Positions 61,140 to 64,000 of a stretch of DNA of 64,000 nt are shown in pieces (position 1 is the first letter of the stretch; every line of letters begins with the position of its first letter). This stretch comes from Carcharhinus longimanus (taxonomy: Eukaryota): assembly GCA_030264375.1 (NCBI GenBank), contig JASCQW010000119.1, forward strand, positions 9,412,069-9,476,068. Reading direction: 5' to 3'. A program made the translations under genes and the position numbers. The notes under the pieces were generated by a model. That model saw only the letters and a program-made list of their open reading frames with translations. It was not told where the DNA came from and did not search any database.

Positions 61140-61882
61140 TGAAGTTAAAAATTAAATACAGCACACTAACGGACCGTTCGGCCCTTACGCCTGCACCAAC
61201 AATGTTGCCTGACTGAACGAAAACTCCATATTCTTCCAGGGATCGTACCCCTATATTCCCATCTTATTCATGCACTTGTCATGACGCATCTTAAAAATCA
61301 CATTCGTATCTGCTTCCATTGACTCCCCCGCCAGCGACTTCCAAGCACCCACCAACCTCTGTGTAAAAAAAAGACGTGCCTTGTACATCTGTTTTAGAAT
61401 CATAGAACCCTACAGTACAGAAACAGGACCTTCGGCCCAACAAGTCTTCACCGAACACAATCCCACCCAGGCCCTGCCCCATATCCGTACATATTATACC
61501 CACTAATTCCTCTAACCTACCCAATCCTCGACACTAAGGGTTAATTTCTTAGCATGGCCAGTCAACGTAAAAAACACATATTTGGGCTGTGGGAGGAAAC
61601 CGGAGTACCCTTGCCCCTCGCACCTCAAAGTTATCCCCCCGAGTAACTGTGTCTTCCACACTGAAAAAAAATCTGCCTAATCACTATGCCTGTGCCCCTC
61701 GTAATCAACTAGAATTCCATCAGATTTTCCCTCAACCTCCATCGTGCCAGTGAGAGCAAAACAAATTTCTCCAACCTCGGCTTCTTGCTAATGTCATCCA
61801 TTCCAGAACAACATCCTGGTAATATTTTCTGTACCGTCTCCAAACCCTTCATATCCTTTTGGTAGTGCGGCCATCAGAAGTA
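61140..61882 (-). mobile_element. Second CR1 3' fragment nested in the 60437-64000 element
   Basis: ACAGCACA..GGACCGTTCGGCCC tail; TTCCAAGCACCCACCAACCTCTGTGTAAAAAA; host resumes near 61883. Confidence 0.7.
61395..61610 (-). mobile_element. V-SINE nested in the nested CR1
   Basis: TAGAATCATAGAACCCTACAGTACAGAA..GGCCC tail; CACTAAGGG..AATTT..AGCATGGCCA; TGTGGGAGGAAACCGGAGTACCC. Confidence 0.85.
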
Positions 61883-64000
61883 CCTTCGTGCCTTTGAAGT
61901 ACATTTGATGTTCCTTCACTCTTCCCATAATCCAAGATTTATATATTTAAAAAATGGCTAAGCCCGCATTTATTCCAGCAAATTGCAAAACCCCACACTT
62001 TTCCTTATTGCAATCCAACTGCCACCTTTTGCCCACGCTCTTAACTTGTCCACGTCCTTCTGCAGCAACCCCCCTCCCCTGCTTCCTCAAAACTACCTCT
62101 CCTTCACATATCTTTGTATCATCTGTAAACTTGGCAGCAATGTGTTCAGTTTTTTTTCAGGTCGTTAATATATGTGGTGAAAATGTGTTCTCCCAGCATC
62201 GACCCCTGAGACACAAAAGCAGTCACCGGCTGTCTCCCTAAATGTACACCAATATTTCCGTCTTCTCTCAGTCAGCCAATCTTCTATCCATGCCTTACTC
62301 ATGTTTTACCCTTAACGCTATGGGCTGTCAACTAATTTAAAAATGTCATTTGTTGAACCTTGGCTAGGTTTTCCTGGTAAACCAAATCACTGACATCCAC
62401 ATTTAAAAAAAAATCTAATTTCCTTGTGACTCCACAAAGAACTCTAACAGATTTATGAGACATGGCACCATTTTTCGGAGCTATGCTGACTCAGTGTTTT
62501 TTTTTATCAAGCATTTCCATGTGCTCCGCGATCTCATATTTAGATATGGACTCTAAAATTTCGCCAATGACCGCAGTCAGGCTAACCAGCCTATAATTTC
62601 TGGTCTGCTCTCTCCCTCCTTTCTTAAACAGCTTTGCCGCATTAGCTACTTTCTAATCTTCTGGGATCCTCCATGCCTCCAGTCATTGCTGAAACATCAC
62701 CACAAATTCTTCAGCGATCTCTCTGTGAAACATAGGGATATTGGCCTCCAGTCCAGGTGATTTATCCACCTGCAGACTTCTCTGTTTCCCCAGAACCTTT
62801 TCCTTAATGGTGGCCACTGCAGTCATCTGTGTCCCTTGATTCTTCTGGAGCTCTGGCATCCCACTGGTGTTTCTCACTGTGAAAACTGATGCAACGAAAC
62901 TATTCAGTTCCTCTGTTATTTCTTTGTTTCCATTATTGATTTTCCAGCCTAATTTTCTGGCGGGTCCAATGTCTATTACTTCCTTTCTCTTAGCTTTCAC
63001 ATTATTGAAAATAAAACCTCTTCATGTCTTCTTTTATATTTCTATCTAGCTTACAGTCACGTTTCTTCTTCTCCCTCTTACTGCTTTTGAAATTGTCCTC
63101 TGCTTGGATTTAAAAGCGTCCTAGGGTTTCTTTAACTTATGTGCTCCAATGAATTCTGCCACATGACATATCACCAGATACAGAATTATTTGTTCCCTAG
63201 TCGTCACTGTCACCAGGTTCTCCTAAAAAGCATCTCTTAGACATTTCACAAAATAGTTTTCTCGTGATATACGGCCTGTCTGATACTTCCAACTTACGTG
63301 CATATTGAAGCCCCCATGACGATTGTAGCACTGACTTTTTTATGCCTTTTCTTTCGCCTGATTGCCATTATGACCCACATACTGACAATTGCTAGGTTGC
63401 CCATTAGGGCCTTTTTACTTTTGTGATTCCCCAACTCCAATCACAGAGATTCTATCTCTTCTGATCCTCTATAGCTTCTTACTATCGATTTAAGTAGGTT
63501 CCTTACTAACAAAGCAATGTCAGCCCGTTTCCCATCTGCCTGTCCTTTCGATACAACACATATCCTTGGATATATAGTTATCAATCACGATATCCTTGCA
63601 GCCACGTCTCTGTGATGCCCACAACATCGCATTGGCCAATTTCAATGTGCACAAGAAGCTCATTTACCTAGTTCTGTATACTGTGCACGTTTTGGCGCAC
63701 ATACTCAGTCCTACATTGACGATGTCCCTTCTCATACTTGGTTCCTTTTTTTGCTCTGCCTGACCTTAGACTCATGTCAGCTCCGATATTTTGTGCTCTA
63801 TAATGTGGTCTGGAAACTTTGTTAAACTCTTTTCAGTCCTTGGCTCGATTATCCAGTTGAAAGTTCTTCGGATTAACCTGTACTTCTCCCCTCTCCTTTA
63901 ACTTTGACTTTCTAAGTATCCATACGACTGAAACCTCCCCCCGCCCCATTATTTAGTTTAAAACCCTATGCACACCTTGGTTGTAGGATTCACCAGGTCT

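Larger units (their letters stand above)
60437..64000 (-). mobile_element. Long CR1 LINE (3' tail at ~60437, toward endonuclease at the window end) with nested insertions
   Basis: Tail ATCATAGGAACATAATTAGGTCATTTGG; minus ORF 62683..63000 (KAKR..IDIGP..NKEITEELNSFVASVFT...KVLGK..LQVDKSPG). Confidence 0.88.

Noticed and set aside
1-64000. CRISPR arrays, rRNA/tRNA genes, Ig/TCR RSS-flanked segments
   Set aside because: None seen; isolated CACAGTG heptamers lack correctly spaced nonamers, and tRNA-like boxes belong to SINE heads

Overview
Vertebrate, repeat-rich, largely non-coding DNA. The repeat repertoire (CR1 LINEs with (TTCTTATG)n or (TTCTATGA)n tails, V-SINE/HE1-type SINEs, Rex1, Penelope-like tails) points to a shark/elasmobranch genome; this is an inference. 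I recognise no intact host protein-coding gene. The dominant structure is a ~12 kb decayed LTR provirus on the + strand (6958-18947). It has two TG...CA LTRs, a tRNA-Arg-like PBS, a coiled-coil gag N-terminus, a protease C-half, a spuma/class III-like RT, two tandem RNase H-fold regions (tether plus retroviral RNase H), an integrase C-terminus with GPY motif, and a ~2.3 kb env remnant. The env shows a fusion-peptide/heptad/Cys-rich/Trp-rich/TM layout with no visible CX6CC. This architecture best fits a lokiretrovirus-like endogenous element rather than a Ty3/gypsy element or a gamma/epsilon ERV. The provirus has two internal deletions and two later LINE/SINE insertions. The rest of the window holds nested LINE/SINE fossils, a 2.4 kb degenerate ~26-28 bp minisatellite, microsatellites, a Z-DNA/CRE/GC-box cluster and a few weak exon or enhancer candidates. 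All family assignments are by-eye motif recognition; no searches were run, and most boundaries are approximate.
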